64,000 nucleotides of DNA, from positions 1-64,000 of the IMG/VR virus record IMGVR_UViG_3300032268_001483. One strand, given 5' to 3'. This document shows, piece after piece, positions 40,175 through 50,375 of the stretch; within the stretch, counting starts at the first letter, position 1; every line of letters begins with the position of its first letter. The stretch is from a virus. Under the pieces are notes generated by a model. The model saw only the letters and a list, made by a program, of their open reading frames with translations, was not told the origin of the DNA and searched no databases. The position numbers were made by a program, and so were the translations under genes.

Positions 40175-41856
40175 ATTACTGGTCCAATTGTTTCTATTTT
40201 AATTCCCTTAGATTTAAGTGAATTAATATAATTCTTGTTTTCTTTTCCTGATGCTAAATCACCAGAAATAACTATTTTCTTAAGTTTCAATCCTTCAACA
40301 ATACCTTTGAATTCAATGAAATCTACCGTATAAATTAAGTGTAATTCCTCTAAATTTTTGAATACCGAAATATCTCTTCCTTCCAGTTCACAATTTATAA
40401 ATTCTAGTGATTTTATATTTGGGCAATTTTGATTCAGATCAGATAAAATTTCATTTTTAAATTGACATTTATCAAATGAGAATGTATTTGATTTCAAGTT
40501 TTTGAATGGATCTAAACTATTTAATTTCAAATATCTAAATCGGGTAATTTTTGGATCCAATTTCAAATCAAAAAAGTTTTGAGGCAACATAGTTGTATCT
40601 ATATTCATTTCCTCAATTCTTGCTTTTGGTGATATAATACATTGTGACCAATCTGAATCTTGAGCGAATGTTATTGATTTTGCATTAATACCAATTAGTT
40701 TTCTTCTTTTGATTCCGAGTCTGTCCATATAAGGATCATCTATATAATTTATATCTTCTGGTATATCAGGTGAGAATATATACGTATCGGCTCCTCCTCC
40801 TGTTGATGACTCCATTCCTGTGTACTTTTGAATTATCTCATTCATCAATAACTGCATTCTATCCGGATAAGCTCTATCAAAATATAATCGAAACTTTTTA
40901 TCATCTTTAGATTGAGGCATATCGATATTTCTAATCATCATTCTACTCAAAGGCAATTGTTCAGAAATCAGTACACCTTTAGAATCCAAAATTGGACTAT
41001 CAAAAATTAAGAAAGCCGGAACAGAATTTGGATCGAAGACATTTCCCATAACTTGAGTTCTATATCCACCTCTATACAAATGTTGACAAGAACCATAAAA
41101 TCTCGAAACAGACATATTTAAAATATCTTTTGCATTATGTTTAATAGAAAGGAACATATCTCTAGCATATACATCGACTTCTACAAGGTAACTATCACCA
41201 CCAAAATCTTCCTTAGAAGCAGAAATTACTCTCAACACTTCGCCAGAAGAGAATTTGAAAGCATCAACTGTTTTATCAGGATATAATCTATTATAATCTT
41301 CTACAAATCCATTAATATTTACTAAGTTTTTCGAGAAAATAATCTCATCTTTCTCTCTTTTTCTTTTTATTGGTTTCTTAGTTTCTTCATCAAGTATAGG
41401 TCTACCACTTTCATCTCTAATCATGATTTCGTCAGCTTGAGTTTCACTCATAGATATTTTTTTAAAAATATTTTCTGAAAGAACTGAGATTTGATTAATT
41501 GTTGGTTTATGTATATCAAAATTATTTAAAATTTTTCTAAACTTATCATTATCGTTTTTGATTAAGTCTAAATCTATAGATTTTTCTAAACACTGTTTGA
41601 ATTGATTCGGTAGTCCACCAAAGAATTCATATACAACATCTAATCTAGCACTAAAAAAGGTAGAAAGAGCTTTGATCTTATCTTCTTCTGTCAATTTCCA
41701 TTTACCTTGTATAATATTATCGGTTGCTTCGATTTCTTCTAAATCTAAAATCCTTTCACCCCAGAGAGCTTTCACTACTTCTTTTTGTGGTGGTAAAATA
41801 GAATCTCCGATTTTAGCCTCGCTTAAAAATTTTTCTCGAGATTTAATCCACTTCAT
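40171..41856 (-). CDS. Tagged protein with SC..DRxY domain (paralog 3) and C-terminal LRR-like region
   Basis: MKWIKSREKFLSE; GSCQHLY, SRMMIR, YFDRAY, PYMDR; LxxLxF repeats at C-terminus; TAATATATA at 41879-41887. Confidence 0.6.
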   Translation of the reverse strand: MKWIKSREKFLSEAKIGDSILPPQKEVVKALWGERILDLEEIEATDNIIQGKWKLTEEDKIKALSTFFSARLDVVYEFFGGLPNQFKQCLEKSIDLDLIKNDNDKFRKILNNFDIHKPTINQISVLSENIFKKISMSETQADEIMIRDESGRPILDEETKKPIKRKREKDEIIFSKNLVNINGFVEDYNRLYPDKTVDAFKFSSGEVLRVISASKEDFGGDSYLVEVDVYARDMFLSIKHNAKDILNMSVSRFYGSCQHLYRGGYRTQVMGNVFDPNSVPAFLIFDSPILDSKGVLISEQLPLSRMMIRNIDMPQSKDDKKFRLYFDRAYPDRMQLLMNEIIQKYTGMESSTGGGADTYIFSPDIPEDINYIDDPYMDRLGIKRRKLIGINAKSITFAQDSDWSQCIISPKARIEEMNIDTTMLPQNFFDLKLDPKITRFRYLKLNSLDPFKNLKSNTFSFDKCQFKNEILSDLNQNCPNIKSLEFINCELEGRDISVFKNLEELHLIYTVDFIEFKGIVEGLKLKKIVISGDLASGKENKNYINSLKSKGIKIETIGPVI

Positions 41857-41927
41857 TTTTATTATTTGAATTTAATTCTATATATTAAATTATTTTTTTC
41901 AAAACTTGTATTTTTATATATACATCT

Positions 41928-42743
41928 ATGAATATTAGAAAACTATCAGATAAAAAACCTAAAATATTATTATTTCAGGGTTCTCCAAGGAAAATTGATT
42001 CCTGCGCAAATCAAAAATCTAAATCAGAACGAGTTATAGAATACATTTTAGATAAATGGATGCCCTTTGTAAACTTCCAAGTCATTGATTTAGGTATCAG
42101 TGATGTCAGAATACAACCCTGTAAAGGTTGTGTATCAACTGCTAACGGAATGCATTGTCATTGGCACTGTGATTGCTTTGCCAAAGGAATGGAAGAAAAT
42201 CCGGATTTAATGCACGAAGCTGATATCTACACCAAATTAGAGGAATGTGATGGATTCATCGTTGTTTCACCAGTTCACTGGTATTCAGTATCTTCACAAG
42301 TAAAAGCTATGTTTGATAGATTAGTTTGTGCTAACTTAACTTTGACTAAAGAACAAGCTAGAGAAATATTCGGAAAAGGTAATACCAAAAATTCAGATTT
42401 AACTGGTAGAGCAGAATTATCAGGTAAATATAAACACTTACTAAAAAATCATTTAGAAGGGAAATGGGCAGGATTCATAGTTCACGGTGATAATGGAGCC
42501 AATGATTATGGTAATAATCCGCCTGATATTGGAGACCAGTTTTGGTCTGTGAGAAATAATGTAATGCCACTTGTTTATCAATGTAGATTTTCGGGAATCA
42601 ATTGTCCAGATGACCTAGTTGAGGCAATTTATATGAATGAGGGAATGCCTTATTATCAAGCTAATTTGTCACCATTGGATCAGTTATTTGAATTATCAGA
42701 TGGTGTTGTAGAGAGAATGATAGATTATATTAATAATTTTTAG
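41928..42743 (+). CDS. Flavodoxin-fold iron-sulfur flavoprotein-like / NAD(P)H-dependent FMN reductase
   Basis: FQGSPRK, PCKGCVS..HCHWHCDC, DGFIVVSPVHWYSVSSQVKAMFDRL. Confidence 0.85.
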   Translation: MNIRKLSDKKPKILLFQGSPRKIDSCANQKSKSERVIEYILDKWMPFVNFQVIDLGISDVRIQPCKGCVSTANGMHCHWHCDCFAKGMEENPDLMHEADIYTKLEECDGFIVVSPVHWYSVSSQVKAMFDRLVCANLTLTKEQAREIFGKGNTKNSDLTGRAELSGKYKHLLKNHLEGKWAGFIVHGDNGANDYGNNPPDIGDQFWSVRNNVMPLVYQCRFSGINCPDDLVEAIYMNEGMPYYQANLSPLDQLFELSDGVVERMIDYINNF

Positions 42744-42784
42744 TTTACTAAAATAATATATACTTAAAATTAAATATTTAAATT

Positions 42785-43360
42785 ATGGCTTTAGATTTAG
42801 CAAACGGTTACATAAGAAAAGACGGCTCATCTGCCTCAAACGTTTATTTTGGTTATAGTTATAACCAAAATGCTGGTGATAATGATAAAGTCTTCGCAAT
42901 AAGAAAAGTCTCAACAGTTGCTGGTGTAGAAACAATAACTTGGACTAATGGTACGCAACAATCATACATAAATGATTGGTCAGGTAGAACTTATAGTTTT
43001 TCGGCACCTGCTGGAAGTCTTGGTTTGACTTATGCAACAACTACATTAACAGAAACTGTTACTTCTGGTTCTTATTCATTTACATTTGCTAAGTCAAGGT
43101 TTGCATCTTTTACTTGGTCAACTATAAATGGTGTTAGTAAATATTTAATTACATCAAAAGACGGATCCGGTAACCTCCTGAATGTGGATGGGGCTCCCTT
43201 AAGAGGTCAATATGTAACAAGAAATTACACAACAGAAGTATTCAATTTAACGAGTTATTCACAGGGATATTTAGATGCAGGTACTTATACCTTGACAGTA
43301 ACAGCAGTTAATGTCGCAGGTTCAATTTCTTCTACGGCTACTTTTAATTTTGCGCTATAA
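42785..43360 (+). CDS. Ser/Thr-rich beta protein, putative virion structural protein
   Basis: S/T/G-rich; FN3/Ig-like C-terminus (GTYTLTVTAVNVAG); TAATATATA at 42754-42762. Confidence 0.5.
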   Translation: MALDLANGYIRKDGSSASNVYFGYSYNQNAGDNDKVFAIRKVSTVAGVETITWTNGTQQSYINDWSGRTYSFSAPAGSLGLTYATTTLTETVTSGSYSFTFAKSRFASFTWSTINGVSKYLITSKDGSGNLLNVDGAPLRGQYVTRNYTTEVFNLTSYSQGYLDAGTYTLTVTAVNVAGSISSTATFNFAL

Positions 43361-43362
43361 AT

Positions 43363-43911
43363 ATGAAATATATTTTACTATTCGAAAACTTTTCTGATAA
43401 TACAATTTATGGAGAAGATTGGAAAAAATTTGTACCCGATAGCTTAGTAGTCATCAAAGGAGATACTACAGATCTAAATGGTTATATCTTAGATGCAAAA
43501 ACAAGAAAACCAACAAATCAATTGTGTAAGTATAAGCTCGGTAATTTAATGGCAAATCAAGTATATCAGATTACTTACGACAGAGATTTTGATATTTTAG
43601 GAATACCCGATACACTTGAAATGGATGTCTCAATATTAAACTCAGATGATGGAAAATTTAAACTTTCGGTTGAAATTACTTTTGGTGACTTAGTCGCATC
43701 AGGATTCACAGTCCAAAAACCGAATAAAGTTGATATTTTTGAGTATACATCATATCACTCACAAGGCGATCCTAGCGATACAGTTTTCGCCTTCAGTGAA
43801 AGTAGTCTAAAAAAGTTAATTCCGTTCATAAATCATTTTGATGGATTAAACGTTACAAGAGCTGATTTGAACTTTTTAGATAATAGAAGATTTAGTTATC
43901 GACCTAAATAG
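43363..43911 (+). CDS. Hypothetical protein with N-terminal tag
   Basis: MKYILLFENF. Confidence 0.6.
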   Translation: MKYILLFENFSDNTIYGEDWKKFVPDSLVVIKGDTTDLNGYILDAKTRKPTNQLCKYKLGNLMANQVYQITYDRDFDILGIPDTLEMDVSILNSDDGKFKLSVEITFGDLVASGFTVQKPNKVDIFEYTSYHSQGDPSDTVFAFSESSLKKLIPFINHFDGLNVTRADLNFLDNRRFSYRPK

Positions 43912-45166
43912 GAAGATCATCACAATCTATACTAACCCATCTAATATCATTTTCACTTCTAAAAATTTTACCAACTTTATTTCTTGAATCAGTTATTATA
44001 TTTTTTCTAACAGATAACTCTAACAATAATAAATTCATATCATCATCCAAATCTAAATCTAAATCAAGTTTATTTTTTTCCAAAACTGAAATAGCAATGA
44101 TTGGATCATTCTTGAACTTGTCGATAATAGTATTTACCCATTCAAATTGTTGTGAAATTGTAAATCCTTTTATATTTTTAACTATCAGTGGTGCGTGATG
44201 TATTAATCTCGCTAGTAAATAAATCTCATCGTTACTTACTCCCTTATCTAAGTATTCACTAATTGAAAATTTTTTATCAATGATAAGATTCAAATTCAAC
44301 CAAATCAATTTTTTTGTATCTTCATTTTGAATGTTTCTATAATAATACATAAAGTCATCTGGCATGAATCCACTATTTTTCTTAAAATCCATTATTTCAC
44401 CGATTGGCTCTAAACAATAAATATTATCTTCAACACCATAGAGTGATTTTATATTTTTTTCTGAGTCTAAATCTCTATCTAATTTAAATTTATCTCCTAA
44501 AATATCGGAGAATTTTTCAAACTCGAGTTTATACTTCTCCTTGAATCTATACTTTTGAACATTCATTATATTTTTATATTTTAGGACATATTTTGCTATC
44601 CCAAATTCATCTTCATTGACATTTGCCCCTAATTCAACTTTCTTTTTAGCTAATCTGATTGCTGTATGAGCAGGTGTTCGTAAATCAATTATTTTGATTT
44701 CTCCTGTATTTAAAAATTCAATGAATTCTTTCGACCAATAAAATTTATTTTCAGATAAATCATATCCAACTTGGCAACAATTCAAATCAAATGAATCAAT
44801 TATAATTTGAGGACTTTTTGTATCTGAACAGTAATAGATTTTATTAAAAATGTCTTCTCTAACTGAATCCTCTATGTAATATTTGATTTGATTCCTATAA
44901 CCGAATCTAATACCGTTATAGTCCTCTGAAACTTCTTTGGTGACAGTCTTAGCTGTAAATTTATTATAAAGGTACATATTACTCATATTAGTTTGTAATT
45001 CCTTTAAAATAAAAATATCAATATCATTAATAATAGCTTCTTTACCAGAAACTTCTTCCCAAATTAGGTTTGCGATTGAACCACCAGCTAAAAATCCTTC
45101 AGTGGGTAAAGTGAATTTTGATTTTAGTTTTTCTAAAGCTTTTGAAAAAATTAGATTTGTATCCAT
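43904..45166 (-). CDS. Pol-beta superfamily nucleotidyltransferase (tRNA nucleotidyltransferase-like head)
   Basis: FLAGGSIAN..DIDIF and IIDSFDLNCCQVGYD motifs. Confidence 0.7.
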   Translation of the reverse strand: MDTNLIFSKALEKLKSKFTLPTEGFLAGGSIANLIWEEVSGKEAIINDIDIFILKELQTNMSNMYLYNKFTAKTVTKEVSEDYNGIRFGYRNQIKYYIEDSVREDIFNKIYYCSDTKSPQIIIDSFDLNCCQVGYDLSENKFYWSKEFIEFLNTGEIKIIDLRTPAHTAIRLAKKKVELGANVNEDEFGIAKYVLKYKNIMNVQKYRFKEKYKLEFEKFSDILGDKFKLDRDLDSEKNIKSLYGVEDNIYCLEPIGEIMDFKKNSGFMPDDFMYYYRNIQNEDTKKLIWLNLNLIIDKKFSISEYLDKGVSNDEIYLLARLIHHAPLIVKNIKGFTISQQFEWVNTIIDKFKNDPIIAISVLEKNKLDLDLDLDDDMNLLLLELSVRKNIITDSRNKVGKIFRSENDIRWVSIDCDDLPI

Positions 45167-45203
45167 GACTTTTTTGATTTAGTTGTCATGATATTTAGAA
45201 AAG

Positions 45204-45626
45204 TTAAGAAGTTGGTAATTCCAGTAAAGTTTTTGAAGATAAATATCCTAACACTTCTTCCCATTCATCAGCTTCATAATATTTGTATTGAGGGTCTTCC
45301 GGAAAATCATCTTCATCATATAGCCTTAATATTTGAGTTATGATGTAACGATCGTCACCTAATTTTCTTATCAAGATTTCTTCTGGTATATCCGAATTTA
45401 GTGACAAAATTGACATCCACATTTCACTTGGGCTAAAGCCTAAACCATCTTTGGGATAAAGATAATCATCTACTAATCTTCTATTTTTTTCCACTAATTG
45501 TACAAAAAAATTTTTCTCAGTTTCTAAAAATTCCTCTCTACCAAATAAATTCAATTTTGTTCCTACTTCACCACTGGTGATCTGACTTGGTTGCCTAAAA
45601 GATTCAAATAATTTCAAGTATTTCAT
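45204..45626 (-). CDS. Hypothetical protein with N-terminal tag
   Basis: Likely start MKYLKLFESF at 45626 (track extends to 45677 through the promoter palindrome). Confidence 0.65.
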   Translation of the reverse strand: MKYLKLFESFRQPSQITSGEVGTKLNLFGREEFLETEKNFFVQLVEKNRRLVDDYLYPKDGLGFSPSEMWMSILSLNSDIPEEILIRKLGDDRYIITQILRLYDEDDFPEDPQYKYYEADEWEEVLGYLSSKTLLELPTS

Positions 45627-45627
45627 A

Positions 45628-45641
45628 TTAATATATATTAA
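45628..45641. promoter_or_regulatory. Palindromic bidirectional putative late promoter
   Basis: ttaatatatattaa carries TAATATATA on both strands between two divergent tagged genes. Confidence 0.55.
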
Positions 45642-45659
45642 ATAAATTAAATTAAAACT

Positions 45660-46022
45660 ATGATAAGATTTACACAAATTTTAGAAAACAATAACTCCTA
45701 CGTAGAAGTAAAATCTCAACCACTCAATACTGAGCTAGTTTATATCTGTGAGTCAGGTGGACAAGTTGGTAGTCTTCTACTTGTTTTCAATGGTAGAGAA
45801 GCTTCTATCTATTCAGTAGAAGTCCTTCCTACACATAGAGGTAAAGGATATGGTAAAAGATTAGTTGAAAGTGCTATTGAAGCTTGTAAACAAAAAAGCT
45901 GCAACTTTATTGAATTGAATACAGAAGTAGATAATACTGTAGCAAATAATCTCTACCAATCTCTGGGATTTGAATTGATGGGAAATAAATTTACATTTAA
46001 TAACTATAGAAAATATTTATAG
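45660..46022 (+). CDS. GNAT acetyltransferase with tag-like N-terminus
   Basis: VLPTHRGKGYGKRL (motif A), N..A..LYQSLGF (motif B); MIRFTQILE. Confidence 0.88.
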   Translation: MIRFTQILENNNSYVEVKSQPLNTELVYICESGGQVGSLLLVFNGREASIYSVEVLPTHRGKGYGKRLVESAIEACKQKSCNFIELNTEVDNTVANNLYQSLGFELMGNKFTFNNYRKYL

Positions 46023-46247
46023 TAATTTATCTATCTTAAAGTCTCTTAATTCAACAGTCAAATAATCAATAATTTCTTGACTATTCCTCGATGAAATTAT
46101 GACTTTATCAGATGAGTCAGTTATTAGTATTTTACCACTCATTGTAGATGATGCTTTATATAGAATTTCTCCTCTAAATGAAAATGTCCATATATCAGAC
46201 CAGCCTAATCCATAAAGTTTAAAACCAAGTGGTTCAAGGAAATTCAC
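46017..46247 (-). CDS. Small protein with C-terminal tag
   Basis: Ends LRDFKIDKLL. Confidence 0.55.
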   Translation of the reverse strand: MNFLEPLGFKLYGLGWSDIWTFSFRGEILYKASSTMSGKILITDSSDKVIISSRNSQEIIDYLTVELRDFKIDKLL

Positions 46248-46307
46248 AAAAAACTTTTTCTTTTTATACTAAAATTTAATACTTAGTTTTTTAATATATA
46301 CTCTATT

Positions 46308-47729
46308 ATGAATAAAATATTCAACTTCCAATCATTTTTAGAATCGGTATCTTCTGGTAAATCTCACCTCTTTTATTCAGAGAGATTTAGAAATCTAATC
46401 GGCAAAATAGCAATGTCAAAAGATCCAGTTGCACAATTCCTAAGACAAAGTGAGTGCAGGGAGGACTTTGAAGATGATATCACTTTTATTGATATTACAG
46501 ACAAAGAAGATATGGTATCTTTTATTCAAGTAAATAGATTAGATAGATTACGCCAAAGTGACAGAAATTTTTACAAAAATATTGTATATCATAGTTCTGA
46601 TAAATATGACTTAACACCGATACCAGAGCTCGATAAATATATTCAGAGAGTTTGGAAGGCAACACAGAAAAATTTAGAGCATGATAGCTGGAAAAAACAG
46701 AGAACTGAAATAGGAATTGGTAGATTTGTAAATAGAGTTTCTTCTTTACAATTAATTACTATTAAATCCGAACAATTAGAAAAGTTTGTTAATTCTTATA
46801 AAGCGCATTGGAAACAATTAAATAAAATAGAAGAGAATTTTGAATTGGTAAGTGGAGAAGAAATTAGAAGGTGGTATCACCAACAAAATTATCAAGAGTC
46901 TAAAGGACAATTATTTTCTTCTTGTATGAAATATCCGGATTGTCAACCTTATTTTAATATCTATGTTGAAAATCCAGAAGTTTGTCAACTTTTAATATTG
47001 AAAGACAAAGATCCGGATAAAATTTCTGGAAGAGCCTTAATATGGACACTTACATCTGGTGAAAAATATATGGATAGACCCTATACTAATCACGACGCTG
47101 ATATAAATTTATTTAATGATTACGCTAGGAAACATAAAATTAAAACCAATGCTTACGATTTAGAAGTAAAAGTAAAAGCTAAAGATTATGGACAATATCC
47201 ATATATGGATTCTCTTCATTATTTTAACCCTAAGACTGGGATTTTAACTACTGATGATGATGTTTATCCACATCCTGATTGGATTATGTTAAAGAAGACT
47301 GATGGTTCATATCAATCTGGTGAATGTGTTTTCTCTAAATACCTTGATAGATATATTCTTGAGGAAGAAGCGGTGTGGGCAGAAGATTTAGAGGACTGGA
47401 TTACTAAGGATGATGCAGTCTATGTTGATTCGGAGGATGCATGGTATTCAGAAGAATACATGGATAATTCAAAATCTAATGTAGTCTATTGTAGTTGGGC
47501 AGATGTAAATGAATTTGAAGATAAGTGTATTTATTCAACCTATTTGAATAGTTGGTTGATTAAAGATGATTCAAAAGAAGTTTGGGTAAATAGAAGTCAA
47601 GAAGAGTGGGTACCAAAAACTGCAAGAAGATATCTGTCAACAGTGGTAGAAATAGATGGTGAAATGAAAGATTGTTTGGTTAGTGCAATAATTCAGGATG
47701 AAAATGGTAAATGGAAATTTAAATCTTAA
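46308..47729 (+). CDS. Tagged protein with SCM..RALxW..DRxY..YPYxD domain (paralog 2) and acidic C-terminal repeats
   Basis: MNKIFNFQSFLES; SSCMKY, GRALIW, YMDRPY, YPYMDS; TAATATATA at 46292-46300. Confidence 0.65.
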   Translation: MNKIFNFQSFLESVSSGKSHLFYSERFRNLIGKIAMSKDPVAQFLRQSECREDFEDDITFIDITDKEDMVSFIQVNRLDRLRQSDRNFYKNIVYHSSDKYDLTPIPELDKYIQRVWKATQKNLEHDSWKKQRTEIGIGRFVNRVSSLQLITIKSEQLEKFVNSYKAHWKQLNKIEENFELVSGEEIRRWYHQQNYQESKGQLFSSCMKYPDCQPYFNIYVENPEVCQLLILKDKDPDKISGRALIWTLTSGEKYMDRPYTNHDADINLFNDYARKHKIKTNAYDLEVKVKAKDYGQYPYMDSLHYFNPKTGILTTDDDVYPHPDWIMLKKTDGSYQSGECVFSKYLDRYILEEEAVWAEDLEDWITKDDAVYVDSEDAWYSEEYMDNSKSNVVYCSWADVNEFEDKCIYSTYLNSWLIKDDSKEVWVNRSQEEWVPKTARRYLSTVVEIDGEMKDCLVSAIIQDENGKWKFKS

Positions 47730-47760
47730 TAAAAAGTAAACTTTTCTATAGACTTTTTAT

Positions 47761-48012
47761 ATGTATTTAAATTTAAAAAAAATGAAATACCTATTAGTAA
47801 CTCTATCTTTACTGACTTTGTCTTGCACTCAAAAAGAATTCAAGTATAAAATCCACAATCCCAAATACTTGGATTATAATAACTCTGCCACTTTTTTTAC
47901 AGATACAGTCCAATTCAAATCTGATACTGCCTTCTACATTAACTCAGACAACTCAATTGTTATCATTTCAATTGATAGTTTAAAAGATTGTAAAATTGAC
48001 ACTTTAAAATAA
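47761..48012 (+). CDS. Hypothetical lipoprotein
   Basis: MKYLLVTLSLLTLSC lipobox-like signal. Confidence 0.55.
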   Translation: MYLNLKKMKYLLVTLSLLTLSCTQKEFKYKIHNPKYLDYNNSATFFTDTVQFKSDTAFYINSDNSIVIISIDSLKDCKIDTLK

Positions 48013-48018
48013 TTAAAT

Positions 48019-48441
48019 ATGCAAAATAAAATTAATGGTTTTTTTGGAAAGTGGCGATTCCTATCTAACTTTTGGGAATGCCCTATAACATTCGAGGGTC
48101 TTGAGTATCCATCAGTTGAAAATGCTTATCAAGCAGCAAAAACTTTGGATATAGAAGTTAGAAAACAATTTCAAAATATCACACCTAAAGAATCAAAATC
48201 TTTAGGAAAAAAAATAGGAATTAGAGGGGATTGGGAAATGGTAAAACTTGATATAATGTTGAATTTATCATTAGAAAAATTTACAAGACATCCCCACTTA
48301 GGCACACAATTAATCGAAACAGATGATTCCTATTTAGAGGAATCTAACTGGTGGCGAGACACCTTCTGGGGAACACATAATGGTATTGGTGAAAACAATT
48401 TAGGAAAAATACTTATGAAAGTAAGAGATATTATAAAATAG
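48019..48441 (+). CDS. NADAR (YbiA-like) family protein
   Basis: FLSNFW, PSVENAYQAAK, DTFWG, GENNLGKILM. Confidence 0.9.
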   Translation: MQNKINGFFGKWRFLSNFWECPITFEGLEYPSVENAYQAAKTLDIEVRKQFQNITPKESKSLGKKIGIRGDWEMVKLDIMLNLSLEKFTRHPHLGTQLIETDDSYLEESNWWRDTFWGTHNGIGENNLGKILMKVRDIIK

Positions 48442-48449
48442 TAAATGAA

Positions 48450-48662
48450 ATGAACGCACAAGTAATAAATAAAATAGAGGATTTGATACAAACATTGAAT
48501 CAAAAACAACAGATGATTGCTAATAAAATTAAGTTAGAAAAAAATTATCGTTTTTTTGAATCATTAGTTAGGGGCAATTCAGAAATATTTTTTGAGGATT
48601 TATCTACAAAGAATATTTATCATTTAGTAACGCACATAAAAAACACCTGTCAGTGTGATTAA
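48450..48662 (+). CDS. Hypothetical protein
   Basis: 70 aa ORF in operon context. Confidence 0.45.
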   Translation: MNAQVINKIEDLIQTLNQKQQMIANKIKLEKNYRFFESLVRGNSEIFFEDLSTKNIYHLVTHIKNTCQCD

Positions 48663-48718
48663 AAACAAAACTCTTTTTTTTTAATATAATTTTTATCAAA
48701 AAAATAATAGAAAAATAA

Positions 48719-49207
48719 ATGAGAATTTTTATAACACCAGAAGACATAGTCAAAAGATGTCTCTACGATAGTTGGGCATACTATATTGTTGGTTCGGATA
48801 AAGAGGCAGAAAGACTATTGAAAGAGAATACCGAGTTTGAACTAAGTGAAAGAGATGCTATTGTAATTGGACTACTCAAAGTAATTGAAACAGATAACCT
48901 AATTCATAGATTCAATGACTATCTAACTCACTTCTTAACTGTAAGAGCAGTAAAAGAAAAAGAAACTTTCTTAATTAGAAAGAAATCTGTAGAAACAAGT
49001 ATTGAAAAATTTCTTGATAAATTCCCAGAAAGTTGGGAAGCAGAAATGTCTTATAAAAATGCCCTAAAAGATTTGAAAGTGTATGTTGAGGAACTTAACA
49101 AGAATCTTTTAAAATTAGACATTATTAAACTTACTATTCAAAACATTAATTATGAATTTTATAATGCAAATAATATAAAAAAACTTCTAAATTTTAATAA
49201 CTACTAA
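48719..49207 (+). CDS. Hypothetical protein
   Basis: 162 aa ORF directly upstream of grpE. Confidence 0.6.
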   Translation: MRIFITPEDIVKRCLYDSWAYYIVGSDKEAERLLKENTEFELSERDAIVIGLLKVIETDNLIHRFNDYLTHFLTVRAVKEKETFLIRKKSVETSIEKFLDKFPESWEAEMSYKNALKDLKVYVEELNKNLLKLDIIKLTIQNINYEFYNANNIKKLLNFNNY

Positions 49208-49208
49208 T

Positions 49209-49682
49209 ATGGAACAAGAAGAACTATTCGAAAATTCAGATAAAAACAATATTGAACCTACTAAAATCTATACACAAGAACAATTTGACGAAGTAAAGAA
49301 GGAGGGGGAAGATAAATACCTCAGACTTTTAGCCGAATTCGATAACTATAAAAAAAGAATTTCTAAAGAAAAGGAGGATTTAAAAATTAATACAAAGACT
49401 CAAATGCTTTCTACAATCTTGGATATGGATTCTGATTTAGCACTGGCTAAAAAGAATATTAAAGAAGAAAATGAAGGGTTGAATCTAATTCTTTCTAAAT
49501 TTGATAGTTTTCTAAAATCTTTAGGTGTGGAACCTATTCAAACCGAAACTTATGATTCTGATTTACACGAAGTAATATCCGTCATTGAAATCGGTGAAGA
49601 AAAAATCGTCGATGTTATATCAAAAGGATATACGATTAATGGTAAACCATTCCGATATCCAAAAATTATCTTGGGTAAATAA
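49209..49682 (+). CDS. grpE: Nucleotide exchange factor GrpE
   Basis: YLRLLAEFDNYKKR, YDSDLHEVI, KGYTINGKPFRYPKI. Confidence 0.9.
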   Translation: MEQEELFENSDKNNIEPTKIYTQEQFDEVKKEGEDKYLRLLAEFDNYKKRISKEKEDLKINTKTQMLSTILDMDSDLALAKKNIKEENEGLNLILSKFDSFLKSLGVEPIQTETYDSDLHEVISVIEIGEEKIVDVISKGYTINGKPFRYPKIILGK

Positions 49683-49687
49683 AATAA

Positions 49688-49710
49688 AAAGTCCGATTTA
49701 GTCGGACTTT
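49688..49710. terminator. Bidirectional terminator
   Basis: aaagtccgat-tta-gtcggacttt between converging genes. Confidence 0.65.
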
Positions 49711-49719
49711 ATCTATTTT

Positions 49720-50361
49720 TTAATATCTGTTAAATTTTTTGTATCGGTATCCGATAGACTCATTACTTTTTTGGTATTCGTTAAATAAATCTTGCACTAT
49801 TTGTTTACCTTCTTCTTTAACTTCATTTACATCAGTCAACTCTCCATATCTCAAGTAGTCACGAGTTTTTCCCTTTTCTTGTAAACGGTTTAAAATTCTT
49901 GCAGATAAATCATCCGCAGCACCTACTAATTTATCTAGTTGCCTAAAATCTAAATCCTCCCCAAATTTTGATTTAAGATACCTTTCAATATCTTCTGCCT
50001 TCACACCCTTTAATAGTAAAGACTTATAAATTGTAGCTGGTTTACCATATTTTTGACACCAATCCATCCACATTTTGAAATTGGCATCATCAGTCGGAGC
50101 GTTTTTGAGAGCATACCTGTCGTAGCCACGATTCAACATCCAAACCACAAAAAAGTCGATGTCCGCTAAATTTATTTTAGAGTTACTTATTGTTTGTTCA
50201 ATCGGATCTTTATCATTCACCACATCTTGTGCAATTGTATTTGCAACGGGACCCATTAATCCAACTGATAATGCTGCTCCGATTAGCCATTGTTTTAGAC
50301 CCTCGTCTACCGATTCAAAATCTTGATAGGAAAAATTCTCATACGTTTTTAAATGTTTCAT
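49720..50361 (-). CDS. Tagged protein with internal hydrophobic segment
   Basis: MKHLKTYENF..VDE followed by GLKQWLIGAALSVGLMGPVA; C-terminal NESIGYRYKKFNRY. Confidence 0.6.
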   Translation of the reverse strand: MKHLKTYENFSYQDFESVDEGLKQWLIGAALSVGLMGPVANTIAQDVVNDKDPIEQTISNSKINLADIDFFVVWMLNRGYDRYALKNAPTDDANFKMWMDWCQKYGKPATIYKSLLLKGVKAEDIERYLKSKFGEDLDFRQLDKLVGAADDLSARILNRLQEKGKTRDYLRYGELTDVNEVKEEGKQIVQDLFNEYQKSNESIGYRYKKFNRY

Positions 50362-50375
50362 GTAATTATTTTTTT

